The notes beneath the pieces are model-generated. The model was not told the DNA's origin, did not search any database, and saw only the letters and a list, made by a program, of their open reading frames with translations. From positions 47,804,001 through 47,868,000 of the forward strand of contig CM052818.1 in NCBI GenBank assembly GCA_028534125.1: 64,000 bases of DNA, read 5' to 3'. The DNA is from Lama glama. Its lineage: Eukaryota. A program made the translations under genes and the position numbers. Positions 36,261 to 48,468 of the stretch are shown here, piece after piece (the first letter of the stretch is position 1; each line of letters starts with the position of its first letter).

Positions 36261-38531
36261 ATCTACATAATCTGTATCTCGTAGTGAGATCAGCTCCACA
36301 ATACAATAGCAACCCCTTCAAATCACAAACCCCCAAACGTGCCCAAAAGAGCTTTTATAAATGAGAAACAGAAGGCTTATATAGTAGAGTGTTTATCTAT
36401 TCCTTGATAAAACAGTTACTTATAAAACTTGTCCAGTACTTTTCAGATCCTTCATCAATTACCGCCTTGAAACTTGGATTACAGAATCTATAACTCTTTC
36501 CTGGGTTTATTTTATTAAGTCTTATTTTCCAAGTTGATTATTTATTTTGTGATGTTTGGATTTATTGATGTAGAATTGTATGTAATACTCTCTCCTTTAT
36601 CTGTCCATTTTACTCTGTAGTTCTTTCCTCTCTTGCATTACTATTATGCTGATTTTATTTCCTTTTTTTAATCCAGTTTTACCTACTCTGAAGCACATCT
36701 ACTTAAGCAAGTTTTCAAAAACCAATCTTTTCCAAAATAAATACTATTTCTCATTGTATTGTTTATTATTAATTACGTTTATATTAGTTAATTCTCCCTT
36801 TCTGCTTTTTTTCCCTATGAGCAGAATGGCTAGAATATTTCATATTTCCCTATTTTTTACAGTATAGTTTTTTATTGTAGTATAGTCAGTTTACAATGTT
36901 GTGTCAATTTCTGGTGGACAGCATAATGTTTCAGTCATATATTATATATATACATGTATTCATTTTCAGGTTCTTTTTCATTATAGGTTACTACTTATTT
37001 TTTCCTGTTTGAGGCTGTAAATTGAATTCTGACTGAAGAACCTGGCTTTTTATGTGAATAAAGCTGTGTTGTTCTTTCATTGAAAGACTTCTTTGGAACG
37101 TCTTTCCAGCTCCCAGCTTCTCTCCTCCACACCCACAAGCGCAGGTTACTACAGGCAAGTTTATTCAATCTAAACATCGAGCCCAGCTGGGACTATCAGA
37201 GTCTCTGTTTTAGGAAATTATAATTGGAATTATAATTTTTTTTCCTTTATGAATGAAAATATTTTATCTTCAGTCTTCAACATAGTTAAGACTGACTGAG
37301 CCTCGATCTTGCACTGCCATGAATTTCACAGTCTCCTTATAGCAAGGACGGGAGTGAAAACGGAGAGGGAAACTTAAAGTAAGAGCAGCCATAATGAGGA
37401 GGGGCCATGGGAAAAAAGGTCAAGAAAGGCTCACGGAAGGATACAATACTGTCCCAATGAACAAAAAGGAGCTTGTTTTTCTGTTATCTTTCGTGCCACA
37501 CAGGTGACATCTCTGCTCCCTAGAAGGTCCAAATGTCAAATTGCTCATAGGGAATAAAAAACGACCCTCTTCTCAATGAGCTTAAAACATCCTAATCTCA
37601 GAATTACCCTTTCCCTGTTAACGCATACTTCAACCACATAGCTGTCACAGTTCACGGGTTTTCTTTCAGAATTAAACCTAATCTCACACTCAATGCACAC
37701 TGATTAAATCATAAAGTTTATTTTCTTGCAGTGCATCTAATGTTTTCCATCTTCGTCTCAATTCTAAATTTTTTGGGTCTGCTTGACAATCATTTTCAAA
37801 GGTACCAATCAATGAGTAAAAACAAAATAAAACATCCAAATAATGTAACTGCTTTTACTCCTCGAAGGCCGCTGCTGCTGTCCGTGTGACGCCTGCTGCT
37901 GAAAGGCGCTGTCAGGCCGTCCAGCTGCTGTCTCCTTGGACCCGCAGGCACCGCTTTTATTTGGCCTTTGTAAGGCAAAGGAGAGGTGCCAGTCTGGTGA
38001 CACCAGTTTGAGAGTCATTAAAAGGTGTGTGTGCGGGATGGGGTGGGGTGGGGGGTAATCCCAAAAGAGGGAAAAGCACGTGCAAAGCCGAGTGAAAGCG
38101 ATGCAGCAGCTCCTGGGACTCGAGTCCGGGCGAGGGCGCGGCGCTGAGGTCGGGGAGCGGCCGCCGGCTCTGCGGGACCCGCAAGTCAAGCTCAGGTGAG
38201 ACGTCAGCGGAGCGCGAGGGCGATGGGGAGCCGGTGAGGGTGGTGGCGCCGGGGGGACACTCCGGTCTCAAAGGCAGAGGTCTCACGTACCGCCTCTGAG
38301 ACAGGCACACCATACACTGGGCATAAGCAACACCAAGGGAATTATTCAAACCGTGGCCCGGGGCCACCTGCCCGCTTCCCATCGCAGCGCGGGCCCGGGT
38401 CCCCATCCGAGCCACTCTGCCGCCGGGCGCCCGCGGGCGTCCCCTCCCGGCGGCGCGACCTCGCCGCAAAGAGGAGGCGGAGGCCGAGATCGGGCAGGGC
38501 GCCCGGGTCTGGAGCCCCGCCCACCGCCGTC

Positions 38532-38549
38532 GCTTCACTTTCGGTTCCC
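38532..38549 (-). promoter_or_regulatory. ISRE/IRF element 1 of CMPK2 promoter
   Basis: GCTTCACTTTCGGTTCCC; reverse complement GGGAACCGAAAGTGAAGC contains tandem GAAA-like cores with 2-nt spacers. Confidence 0.8.
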
Positions 38550-38573
38550 CGCGGCGCCGCCCGCCGATCCCGG

Positions 38574-38586
38574 GGTTTCGTTTCCC
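38574..38586 (-). promoter_or_regulatory. ISRE element 2 of CMPK2 promoter
   Basis: GGTTTCGTTTCCC (reverse complement GGGAAACGAAACC), a canonical ISRE 30 nt upstream of the ATG. Confidence 0.85.
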
Positions 38587-38615
38587 GGCGCGCGGGGCGG
38601 GACCGGGAGGCGCCC

Positions 38616-39293
38616 ATGGCCTTTGGCCGCCGCCCGCGCGCCCCGCTGCTGCTCGCGCGCCTCCCGGGACTGCGGCGCGGGGCCTGCGCTCGGGCCATGG
38701 CGCCGCCGCCGTGCTGCTTGGCGCTGGAGCTGCCCGGCTGCATCCTGGCTCACTTCGCCGTCGGCGACGAGGCCCCGGGCGCGCGCCCCGACCCCCGTGT
38801 GGCCGCGCTCCTGGGCCCCCCGGGCCGCAGCTTCTCGCTGAGCGTGCCGGTGGCGCCGGGCGGGGACTGCGCGGCCCGGGTGCGCGCGGCCCGGCTGCAC
38901 CAGCGCCTGCTGCACCAGCTGCGCCGCGGCCCCTTCCAGCTGTGCCAGCTGCGCAGGCTGCTGTGCTACCGCCCGGGCGGCGAGGCGGGCGACCTGCAGC
39001 ACGGCTTCCTGCTCCACGACCCGCGCGACAGCCCCGACACCTGGCGCGCGCTGCTGGCGCTGCTGGACGCTTACCCCGAGGCCCCGCGCCCGCGCCTGGC
39101 CGAGTTCGTGGGCGACCCGCTCAGCCAAGTGTGGCGGCGCCCGTGGGAGCTGCGGGACGGCCAGGGGTGGCGGCAGGTGGGCCGCGAGCGCGTCGTGCCC
39201 GCGCCGGAGCCCGAGCTGCACCCGGTGGTGCCCGACCTGCCTAGCTCCGGGGTCTTCCCCCACCGGGAGGCCGCCCGAGCCGTTTTGGAGGCG
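38616..39293 (+). CDS. CMPK2: CMPK2 coding exon 1 (mitochondrial presequence and N-terminal domain)
   Basis: ATG at 38616; ORF MAFGRRPRAPLLL...AARAVLEA; donor GCG|gtaaga at 39293/39294; 678 nt, phase 0. Confidence 0.96.
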
Positions 39294-42200
39294 GTAAGAG
39301 TCGGCCCCTTCCCAGCGCTCAGCATGGACCGCTCCCCCCGCCCCCCCCCCAGATCAGGGAAGTGGGTACAGTGTGCTCCCGGGGGTTCTACCTGTCCAGA
39401 CCTCTCTTGTCCCGTAGTTGCTTCACTCCCCTCCGCAAATCCGGCAGTGAGGGCGGCCGGAGTGCCAGCCGCTGGTTAGACACCGTGGCTCTTAAGGGAT
39501 TCTTGCCCGCCAGGAACCCCCAGCCTGATGTGCGAAACCGACCTGCCAGCAGGAGCAGTGGGGGGCCGGAGGTCCTGGCGGAGGGAGGGGGCCGCTGGGT
39601 GTGGGGGAAGACAGTGCCCTCTCTCGGAAGGAATGACCCCACCTGGGGAGGTCGGGATGTAGAGAGAAGAGCCTGAGTTTGGGGGTTTAAGAAACTTGGA
39701 CTTAAGCAGTGCCTGCTACTTACTGGCTGCGACCCAGCCACTTAGCTGCTCTGCCTTTGTTTTGCTTCCTTTCTTCTGGAAAATACCTGTCCTGCAGCGT
39801 TAGGACCAGGAAACATGTGACACACAGCAGGTGCTCAGTGAAGAACAGCTAAGATTCTTTCTGCCCGCAGCCCAGGCTGGTCCTGAGGCTGGGCTGTGGC
39901 TCTTGGATAAATTGTGTGGGATAGGATTTCCGAGTGGTTAAGATTACAAGACCTGGCTTTGAATCCAAACTCTGACATTTATTACCTGTGTCACGTTCAG
40001 AAAGTTTCTTAAACATTCTTTGCCTCGGTTTCCTGAACCCATAGGTGGGGAAGATAGCTGCACGACTCTCACGGTGATCGTGAGCAGTGGCCAAGTTAAT
40101 ACTCTGAAAACGCTTAGAACATTGCCTTGCACAGCGCAAGCAAGTAAGAAAATCAATGCCGGGCCTCTCTGTAGAGATGCTGTGAGAGCACAGTGATGTC
40201 ACACACGGTTAAGAACTTTGAATCCTCAGGAGCCCCTGCCCTGCTCACGTGGTAATGATGGGCAGTGCTTGGTGGTGGCCAGTGCTTGGTGCTCTTCTGA
40301 GCCCCGAGTGCTTAGGGAAAGACAGGATGCGGACTGCCCTCTTTGGTGTGGCTGATTTCCCACATCTGTGACACATGGCACCAGGCAGGTTCTGTGGCTC
40401 CACTGTCGCTGTGTGACACTGCTCCACATTTATGCATCTTTCCTGTCCTTCCTCGTCTCGGGGAAGCTGGTCGGTGAAAGTTGAAGGCTGGGTGATCCCG
40501 ACAATTACTGCCTTTTTGAGCCTCAGCGATGCAGCATATCATAAAGCGATTCAGTCCTTGTCAGGTTCAAAATACTGTGTGTTCTGGCACGGTGCCAAAC
40601 ATAACACACCTGTTAGCATCGTGCAGTCTTGCTCCCAGCAATTAGGTGTGACTTCTGCTGAGGTCCCGTTGCTTCACTGCTGACGCCTGGGTGTTGTGTT
40701 ACAGTGTACAGCCTTCATTCCTGAAGCCCAAGCGGTGCTTGATCTGGCTGACCAGTGCCCAGAGCAGGTCCAGAAGGGAAGGTTCCCCGTTATTGTCATT
40801 GAAGGACTGGATGCCACAGGTAAGAGAAGTGTACCTTTTAGTTATAGGCAATGCAGTTAACCAACCAGCTGCATGAATAGTAGACAGGTCTTGACAAACA
40901 AAACTGTGTACAGGATTCAATCCATAAGCCTCCTATGAATCTCTAGTGTGTGCCAGGCGTGGAGGGAGGCTGGCCAGGAAGATGGATAATTTCTATGTAA
41001 GGTCATGGAGAGATGGGAGAGCTCAGGTGCCCTGGGAACACAGGAAGGCACAGGGTGCATCCTCGGTGTGAGAGACGAGGGGACGGAGGCACCGCGGGGA
41101 GAGCTTGAAAGGGTAGGCACCTGGATTGTGTTTTCAGCAGATAGGAGCTGCTCAAGAGAGGAAGGCAGGAGAGATGCTCCAAAAGAAGAAATAGCAGGGT
41201 GAAGTTGGAGATTGGAACCACCTGGTGTGTCCAGGAACTACAGGCAATGCAGAGGCCCCTTGTGGAAGCAAAATGTGGAAGAACTAGGGAGAGGCGGGCA
41301 GGAGCCTTTGGAACTGCCAAACGAGCATCAAAATCCAATGGATGTGCCCACATTTAGCCCAGAACACAATAGCAGAAGGGAGGCTCCGAGGGCAGCAGGG
41401 AATACCCAAGGACAGGGCGGATCTTGGACAACAACAGTGTCACATGTGTCAGCAGAGGAGTCAGAATCTGGGGGCCAATACAAAGTCTCTCACTAGTTTG
41501 TAAACAAGATGACTATTTTGTTTTTTCTCCCAAGCTTGTTAACACCCAACGGGGGAATCCTAAGTTCCTAAGGGTTGGCATCATTTTATAAAGAGTCATA
41601 TTTAATCTGCTCCTTCAGTTGACAGGTGGAAATGTATGTCTTTGCTCTTTCTGAGTGAACAGTAACTTTGGGGAGTGATGTGTTGGCCATGGCTAAGATG
41701 TGCTCTACTTTGTATATGACCTGCAGGTAAAACCACGGTGACCCAGTCAGTTTCAGATTCACTCAAGGCTGTTCTCTTAAAGTCACCACCCTCTTGTATC
41801 AGCCAGTGGAGGAAAATTTTTGATGATGAACCAAATATCATTAGAAGAGCCTTTTACTCTTTGGGCAATTATATCGTGGCTTCTGAAATAGCTAAAGAAT
41901 CTACCACATCACCTGTGATTGTGGACAGGTGGGTATAAAGTGCCTTCAATTTGGCATTTTCTTCCTAACATATGAGTATGATTGTATGTGTGTGCGTGTG
42001 TGTGTGTGCATATGTATGTAAGGACACAGTGGTGTTTAAGTGAAACTGTATTATAATAGTAGGAATAATGTCTATGATTTGGCATTTGGCTAAGAGCATT
42101 ACACATACTATACTAATATCTGGAACAATTATTGCTATGTGGACACTAAATTTACTGATGAGAATGTAGGTCTTAGAAAAGTCAAGTAACTTGTCACAAT

Positions 42201-45200
42201 GGCAGAGCTGGACATAGCGTATTGGGGAGATTAATAAAAGTCTCTGCTTTGTAAGTCGAACTTTGAGTGCTTCGTTGGTTTAGTGGCTAATCCAGCAAAC
42301 ATTTATTGGGCATCTAACACTTGCCAAGGACTGCTCTCAATTTAGGGAATTTGATGGTAAATTCCCAGGGCTGGACAGTGCCCTGCTTTCATGGAGCAGA
42401 CATTCTACTGAAGCAGAAGGGCGTAATCAAAAACGTGGACACATAAGATGATATCAGAGGAAGACAAATACTGTGAGGAGGGGAGATCAAGGTCACGTGG
42501 CTGAGGATGGCTAAGCCCCCACTAGATAGGGTTTAGGAAGACCTGAGTGAGGAGGTACCATTGGCCTGAGCTCTGAATGACCACAGAGAGACACACGTGA
42601 AGATTCTGGAGTAACAGCAGTATGGGAGGGAGATCAGCAGAAGCAAAGCCTAGACATGGGAAGAAGTGAACATATTCCAGGACCTGATGCCAAAAGGCAA
42701 CTGGTCACTTGCGCACACCCAGTTGCAGGGTTGCTGGTCCCAGCCAGTCCTAACCCGCTGGAGCTCCAGCTGGACAACAGCTGACTCCAGGTTCCTGCAG
42801 AACAGCTTGGGCAAGCATCTTAAGACTCCTGCATTGGAGATATTTCCTGTCTAGAGGTGGTGATGGGGTCTTGTCACTTCTTGTTTAGGCTACGTGGTGC
42901 TTATAGAATACGCAAGTTTTTGTAAAAACAATTAAAGTGAGCTTGATCAGTGAGGCAGTTAAAGTCCATTATTTATTAAGCAAGTTACAGTTTAATGGAT
43001 CGAACTGCCGACTACCCGTGGGTTCGCGTGTGGACTCCCGGGAGTGGGACAGCAGGGCGTCGGGCTCACGAGTGCTCGCCCTGAGTGGGTGCTACAAAGA
43101 GTTTTCTAAAGTGGTTGAGACTGTTCACAGCGTCCTCTTCCACGCACATCCTGGTCAACATTTAGCTCCGCCAATCTTTCACTTCAACTTGTCTTGCTTT
43201 TCCGCTGTTCCCTGTGGGAAGGTCGGTCAGTTAAAAGCTAGTTGCTACACCTGGAAATAGAACTTCTAGCCCTGTCTTGAAATATCTTTCTGAAATACCC
43301 CATAGAGAGATACTCAAGAGTGTTTGTCGGGAATAAAGTGTGTGGTGGTGAAAGGGATGGGGGGTGGAGGGAGCAAGATGAAAATAGTAAACATTAGTTA
43401 TAAGGCCTGTGCTGTCATCTCAGCTTTAATGCCAGGGGGCACTTTTAACTTTGGGGATGGCAAGGCAGTCATTTCAAAGCTGGCAAGTGGTACAGAATCT
43501 TAGAGGAAGGGGAGACACTGCCTTCCCTTGTGGGACTTCTTTACCTGTGGGATGTTTTCACCCTACTGTTAAAGTGCCTGCATTTGCCATATTGGCATCT
43601 TTTTTTGATCCAGTCCCCTTTATCTCAAGGAAGAAAACCTAAACTTGTCCTGATAAAGTGTGACTTCATCAGGCACATTCCTTTTTTTTAAATTTTTATT
43701 GACATATAGTTGATACAATGTTAGTTTCAGGTGTACAGCAAAGTGATTCAGTTATGCACATACAGACACATATATTTTCTCTTCAAATTCTTTTATTGTA
43801 TGTTACCACAAGATATTGAATATTGTTCCCTGTGCTATCCAGTAGTCCTTGTTGTTTATCTATTTTATATACAGTCATGTGTGTCTGTTAATCCCCAGCC
43901 CCTAATTTATCACTCCCCTGCCTTTTCCCCTTTGGTAACCATAGTTTGTTTTCTGTGTCCGTGAGTTTTTTTTTTTTTTTCTAAAATGTCCAGAAGCCCT
44001 GGAGCGGCACTGGCTTCTGCATGCAGGTAGACACTTACCCTCTCCATCCCCGTCCCGGTCTGTTAAATGGGGGGAGTCCTCATTCCATCCCTGCTGCCCA
44101 TCAAGACTTGTGATGAATGGCCCATTAGTTGGTACAGGTGGGACTACTTTGAAAACAGCAAATGGCTATTAAAATATAAAGCCTTATTATATAAGCTGTG
44201 TATAATGCATCAGCAAATTGTATTTGATTTGAACTAATGTGGTTTCCCTGATGGCAAGGAATGGAGACTTCAGAATAGTAAAGAGTCTAAAATTGATGGC
44301 CAGGGGGTATGATTATTTAAAATGAGCCCCAGTGTTGTCAGCGAGAGAACTCTGGCTTTGCAGAATGGGGCCCCCATTGTGCCCCGATTTTCCTTCTTTG
44401 TGCCTGTGAATTGCTTGCAGTTTTGTTCTTTAAAGAGATAATACTGCATCACCTTGTCAGATGAGAAGAAAAGAGCGGTTATTTGTTGTCTGAGTGGGTT
44501 TTGTTCATGTTTAAAGATTTTAACGAAGTCCGTTTTAGACAACACCATCATCTAGCTGAGAAAATAAAGGAGACAGAGTAATTTTTGATGGTGACTGCAG
44601 TTAAGGTTGGCAACTTAATCACACTCATCACCTTAAAAGCCTGCTCTGGCTGACGGTTCTTCTGCGATCAAGGAGCCTTCTTACGTTTAGATGATCTCAG
44701 CCTCCGTATTCAGAGCTGAGCGTTTAGTTCAGTGAACGTGCAGCGTGTGTAAAACTGCAGTTCTGTTGCCACGAAAAAGATAGCCTGGACCCTGTGAGGA
44801 TGTGTCCACCCGACAGAGAAGATGGAAGTACAAGTTTGTAAGTGGTTAGGAGTCCGGTAAGTGACCCGCACGTGTGGCCTGAGGCGGAATTCAGGGAGCT
44901 CGCAGGTCCCGCGGCCTGAGGATCTCAGAGCACGTTTGTGGGATGGAAAGGGGCTTTGAAGGATGAGCGATGTTAGAATTGGTCTCCGCCCAGATTCCCG
45001 TGTTCTTTTCAGACCTGTTTGTACTTTGTTATCATAACCTTAGTTATAACCTGTGTCCAATAAGAATTAAATTTTGCCTCATAATGACCGTGTGACACTT
45101 TTTTTTTTTAAACGCACTTGCTGTTTTGCAACAACTGTGGAAGGAAAACAAAGCTTTCATGATTTTCATTTTCCAGATGAGGAATTTGAGCCTAAACTTT

Positions 45201-48200
45201 GTCCACAAAGCAAGTAGGTGGCAGAAGGAAAAACAATACACGGCTTGGGTCACACTGTGGATTTATTTCGTAGATAAAGGACCAGCATGTCCTCTTCACT
45301 GTGGAAAGAAATTCAAATCTAAAAGGATTAAGAATTTAGGATTTTAAAATAGTGCAGACAGTAAATTGAAAACACAGACGTGGATGGAGCTTTGCGTATC
45401 TGTCTATATTGGGGTGTTTATAACTGTTTCATAAATATTTGTTGTAGCTGATAGACCTTTAACACTGGATTGGAGTTTTGCATTCAGTCACTTAGAATTG
45501 GAATATGATATGAACAGGGCAAACGTATAATCAATTACGCCGTTATAAAATAATTCTGTCATTCATTCATATACCCAGAGAACATTATTTATTGTGCACT
45601 TATTATGTGCCAGAAGCTGGTCTCAGGTTTTGGAATACAGAGATGACTCAAAAAGGAATTATCTACTGGAGGAGACAAAAGAGAGAAACTTGTAAACAGG
45701 TAGCTCCAAATTACAGTAAGTCCTTCCACAGAGTTGGGTGAGTGTGAAGAGCACTGAGGCTTGGGGGCTTCATCTGGGGGTGGGGGCGGGAAGGAAGAGG
45801 AGGCACTTTGCTGCCCGAGACCCTCACTCCAGCTGCAGGAGAATGTGGAGACAGACCCCCCTGGAGGAGGGTGCCCGGGTCCACGCTGGGAGGATGTTCT
45901 GTTCTTAGACGCAGGCTGAACGTTTTCTGGCAGGTGGCCAAAAGCCATCAGGCTTTTTGAGAAAGAGGGCAGATTTGACCTTCCTTGAGGGCTGTGATTT
46001 TCTTTCCTCTCCCTGAAATATCTTTAAGAACAGCCAGTTGAGCATGACCAACTTTGCTCAGGAAGGACATCCACAGATTCTCACAGATCGTGCGTGGGTT
46101 TATTTCCCTTCTTGATCGATAATGGATGCAGTTAGATAGATGACTGGGGAGCCGGGAAGGACAGAGGCCTCCTAGCCGGGGTTCCCAGAACGTGGATTTC
46201 GTCAGCAAAGTCAGTGTTAAAACCAGGCAGGAACTGAATGCACCTGCAGATTTTCATCGGACCAAGACACGGTGCTAAATGCAAACAGACTATTGAACAA
46301 AGCTACCACCCCTGCCGTCCTGCTGACCTGAAAGGAAACACCCTACAAGGCCAGGGCAGCAGAGGAGCCTCTCCATACACGTGGTTCCCGCAGAATACGT
46401 GATGCTCTGGGAAGTGCCCACTGCATTCTTATTGTGGTTGCTTTTAACTTATTTTTAGATTTTATAAATGCTTTTAAAGATGTGATTTAGTTTTCTCTCT
46501 TTACTGTATACAGTTCTAGGCCAAATGCAGCAGAGTCATCCCCAGTTTCCACCTCCTCAGCAGCTGATTTTCAGGTGTTCCCTTGACTTCCTCTGCAGAC
46601 GGGGAGCTCACTACTCCTTTTTCCCGCAGGTACTGGCACAGCACGGCCACCTATGCCATAGCCACTGAGGTGAGTGGGGGCCTCCAGCACCTGCCCCCCG
46701 CCCATCACCCGATATACCAGTGGCCCAGGGACTTGCTCAAGCCCGACCTGGTGCTGCTGCTCACAGTGAGCCCCGAGGAGAGGATGCAGAGGCTCGAGGG
46801 CCGGGGCATGGAGCGGACCAGAGAGGAGGTGGAACTGGAGACCAACAACGTATTTCGTCAAAAGTAGGTGTCCTGACACGCGATGTGGGGGGCGGGTCCC
46901 TGGCCCTGGCGGTGACCCGGGATCCGCACTGACTTGAGTGGAGGAAGTGGTGTGGTTCCCACTTTCCAAACCCCAGAGGCTGGATCCCCCAAGTTAGTCC
47001 CGCTCCGTCCTGCGGGACTGTTGCCTGGCACTACAGCCTGCTTATTCTACAGCCACGGGGTGCCTGACCAGGGATCAGAGCTCCGTCCAGCGCCGGCTGT
47101 GCCAGGAGCAGCGAGAACAGAGTGGGACCACGTGCCTTTCTGGGGCTTGGCTTTCCCGGTCATGGTAGAATGGTCACGGGGACCGTCTGATGAGCTCACA
47201 GTGACCCTCACTTGTTAGGGCTTCCTGTGTGGCAGGCCTTTGGCTTCTGATGCTCTGTAATCCTTGTCAGACAATATTAACCATATTTTACAGTTTACAA
47301 AACGGAGGCTCAGAGGATGGAGTGACGTGTCTACACTTGCATAGCTCCCGAGCAGTAACACTGGGATTAAAATCAAGAGCTTTCTGATTTTGAGGCAGTC
47401 CTTTCATTTTCCTTAGAAAACCACAAATACAGTAGCAGGAACGTCTGGGCTGCGTTACTGCTTCATGGCTGAGGATGAACCAGTTCTGTGCGACTGGTTC
47501 AAAGAGCCAAAACAGAGTCGTTTATATAAATAAACAATGATTGCACTTTATCATGACTTAATGCTGTTGTGACATAAATAAAAAGCAACTCAGCTGTGTG
47601 CAAAGAAACCACGTCAAGGAGTTTGCTGGTACTAATTCAATTAAACCTCACAGCAAGGAAGGCATTATTTCCATCCCCTCACTTCACAGATGAGGAAACT
47701 GAGGCACAGAGGGGATGGGAAAGAAATGTGTCAGGTTCTCATAGCTGGGAAGTGGTCTAGCAGTGCTGTGGACCCAGACCATCGACTCCAGGCTCTTGTT
47801 TTAAGAGAATTACAGAATTCTAGTGCTTTGGTTATATGCTCAGCCCAGTCATTCCACACGCACCAAGGCTCCCTCACCCTGGAAGGAGATGTAAAATTCC
47901 GGGGAAGTTTTAGATGACGCCTAAACAAAAATACCGTATGTGCTAAGGGCCTCTGGCTGGTCTGAAATCCCTCAGGGCACAGGCTCTGCGGGATTCCTTA
48001 ATCTCCTTGAGCCTCTGCTGCCTTCTCTGCCAAATGGGGATGGATGGTAGTGGTTCCCCACGTAAGGTTACTCTGACCATGAAACGAAAATGTGCAGAAC
48101 GCTAACCCTTGGCAGACAGTAGGTGTTCAATAAATGCTGGCTATTGCCCATTATATTTAATTTATCATTTATTAACTAAATGTACCAGATGTCTCCCATG

Positions 48201-48468
48201 GGCAGAGCAAATTGCGAAAGGGGCAGGGAAGTAAGCCAGATGGGGACCTCGCTTCAAGCAGTTTCTATGATGGAGGAAAATTACCTTCGCATGAAGAGCT
48301 GTGTTTGCAAACAGGCCAACTCTGTGCTCTCTGCTGGTCTGCAGGGTCGAGGTGTCCTACCAGCGGATGGAGAACCCTGGCTGCCACGTGGTTGACGCCA
48401 GCCCCTCAAGAGAGAAGGTCCTCCAGATGGTTTTACGCATAATCCGTAATCATTGTAGTGCGTTGTAG
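38616..48468 (+). CDS. CMPK2: Mitochondrial UMP-CMP kinase 2, complete 5-exon CDS: join(38616..39293,40705..40819,41727..41928,46630..46863,48345..48468) = 1353 nt, 450 aa
   Basis: The translation (MAFGRR...RLHQRLLHQLRRGPFQ...IEGLDATGKTT...VIVDRYWHST...VDASPSREKV) matches CMPK2. All introns are GT-AG, exon phases are compatible, and there is no internal stop. Confidence 0.97.
40705..40819 (+). CDS. CMPK2: CMPK2 exon 2
   Basis: ttacag|TGTACAGCC... encodes CTAFIPEAQAVLDLADQCPEQVQKGRFPVIVIEGLDAT(G); donor ACAG|gtaaga; 115 nt. Confidence 0.96.
41727..41928 (+). CDS. CMPK2: CMPK2 exon 3 (P-loop GKTT and kinase core)
   Basis: ctgcag|GTAAAACC... encodes GKTTVTQSVSDSLKAVLLKSPPSCISQWRKIFDDEP...SPVIVD(R); donor AG|gtgggt; 202 nt. 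Confidence 0.96.
43683..43980 (-). mobile_element. L1 3'-end fragment in CMPK2 intron 3
   Basis: tttattgacatatagttg...tcaggtgtacagcaaagtgattcagtt...ccctgtgctat...ggtaaccat. Confidence 0.8.
46630..46863 (+). CDS. CMPK2: CMPK2 exon 4
   Basis: ttttcccgcag|GTACTGG encodes YWHSTATYAIATEVSGGLQHLPPAHHP...ELETNNVFRQ(K); donor AA|gtaggt; 234 nt. Confidence 0.96.
48345..48468 (+). CDS. CMPK2: CMPK2 exon 5 coding part (followed by about 1.5 kb of 3'UTR)
   Basis: tctgcag|GGTCGAG encodes VEVSYQRMENPGCHVVDASPSREKVLQMVLRIIRNHCSAL*; TAG at 48466-48468. Confidence 0.95.

Larger units (their letters stand above)
38100..39480. promoter_or_regulatory. CpG island and promoter of CMPK2, facing RSAD2 head-to-head
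   Basis: Very high GC and CpG density; GC boxes (ggggcggg at 38594, ccccgccc at 38515). Confidence 0.9.

Noticed and set aside
37957..39263. Antisense and alternative-frame ORFs over CMPK2 exon 1
   Set aside because: GC-rich shadows of the real CDS
41721..41732. CAG|GTAAAA (and CAG|GTACTG at 46630) as recursive-splicing sites
   Set aside because: Explained by coding constraints (Gly-Lys P-loop, Arg-Tyr); introns are short and there is no further support
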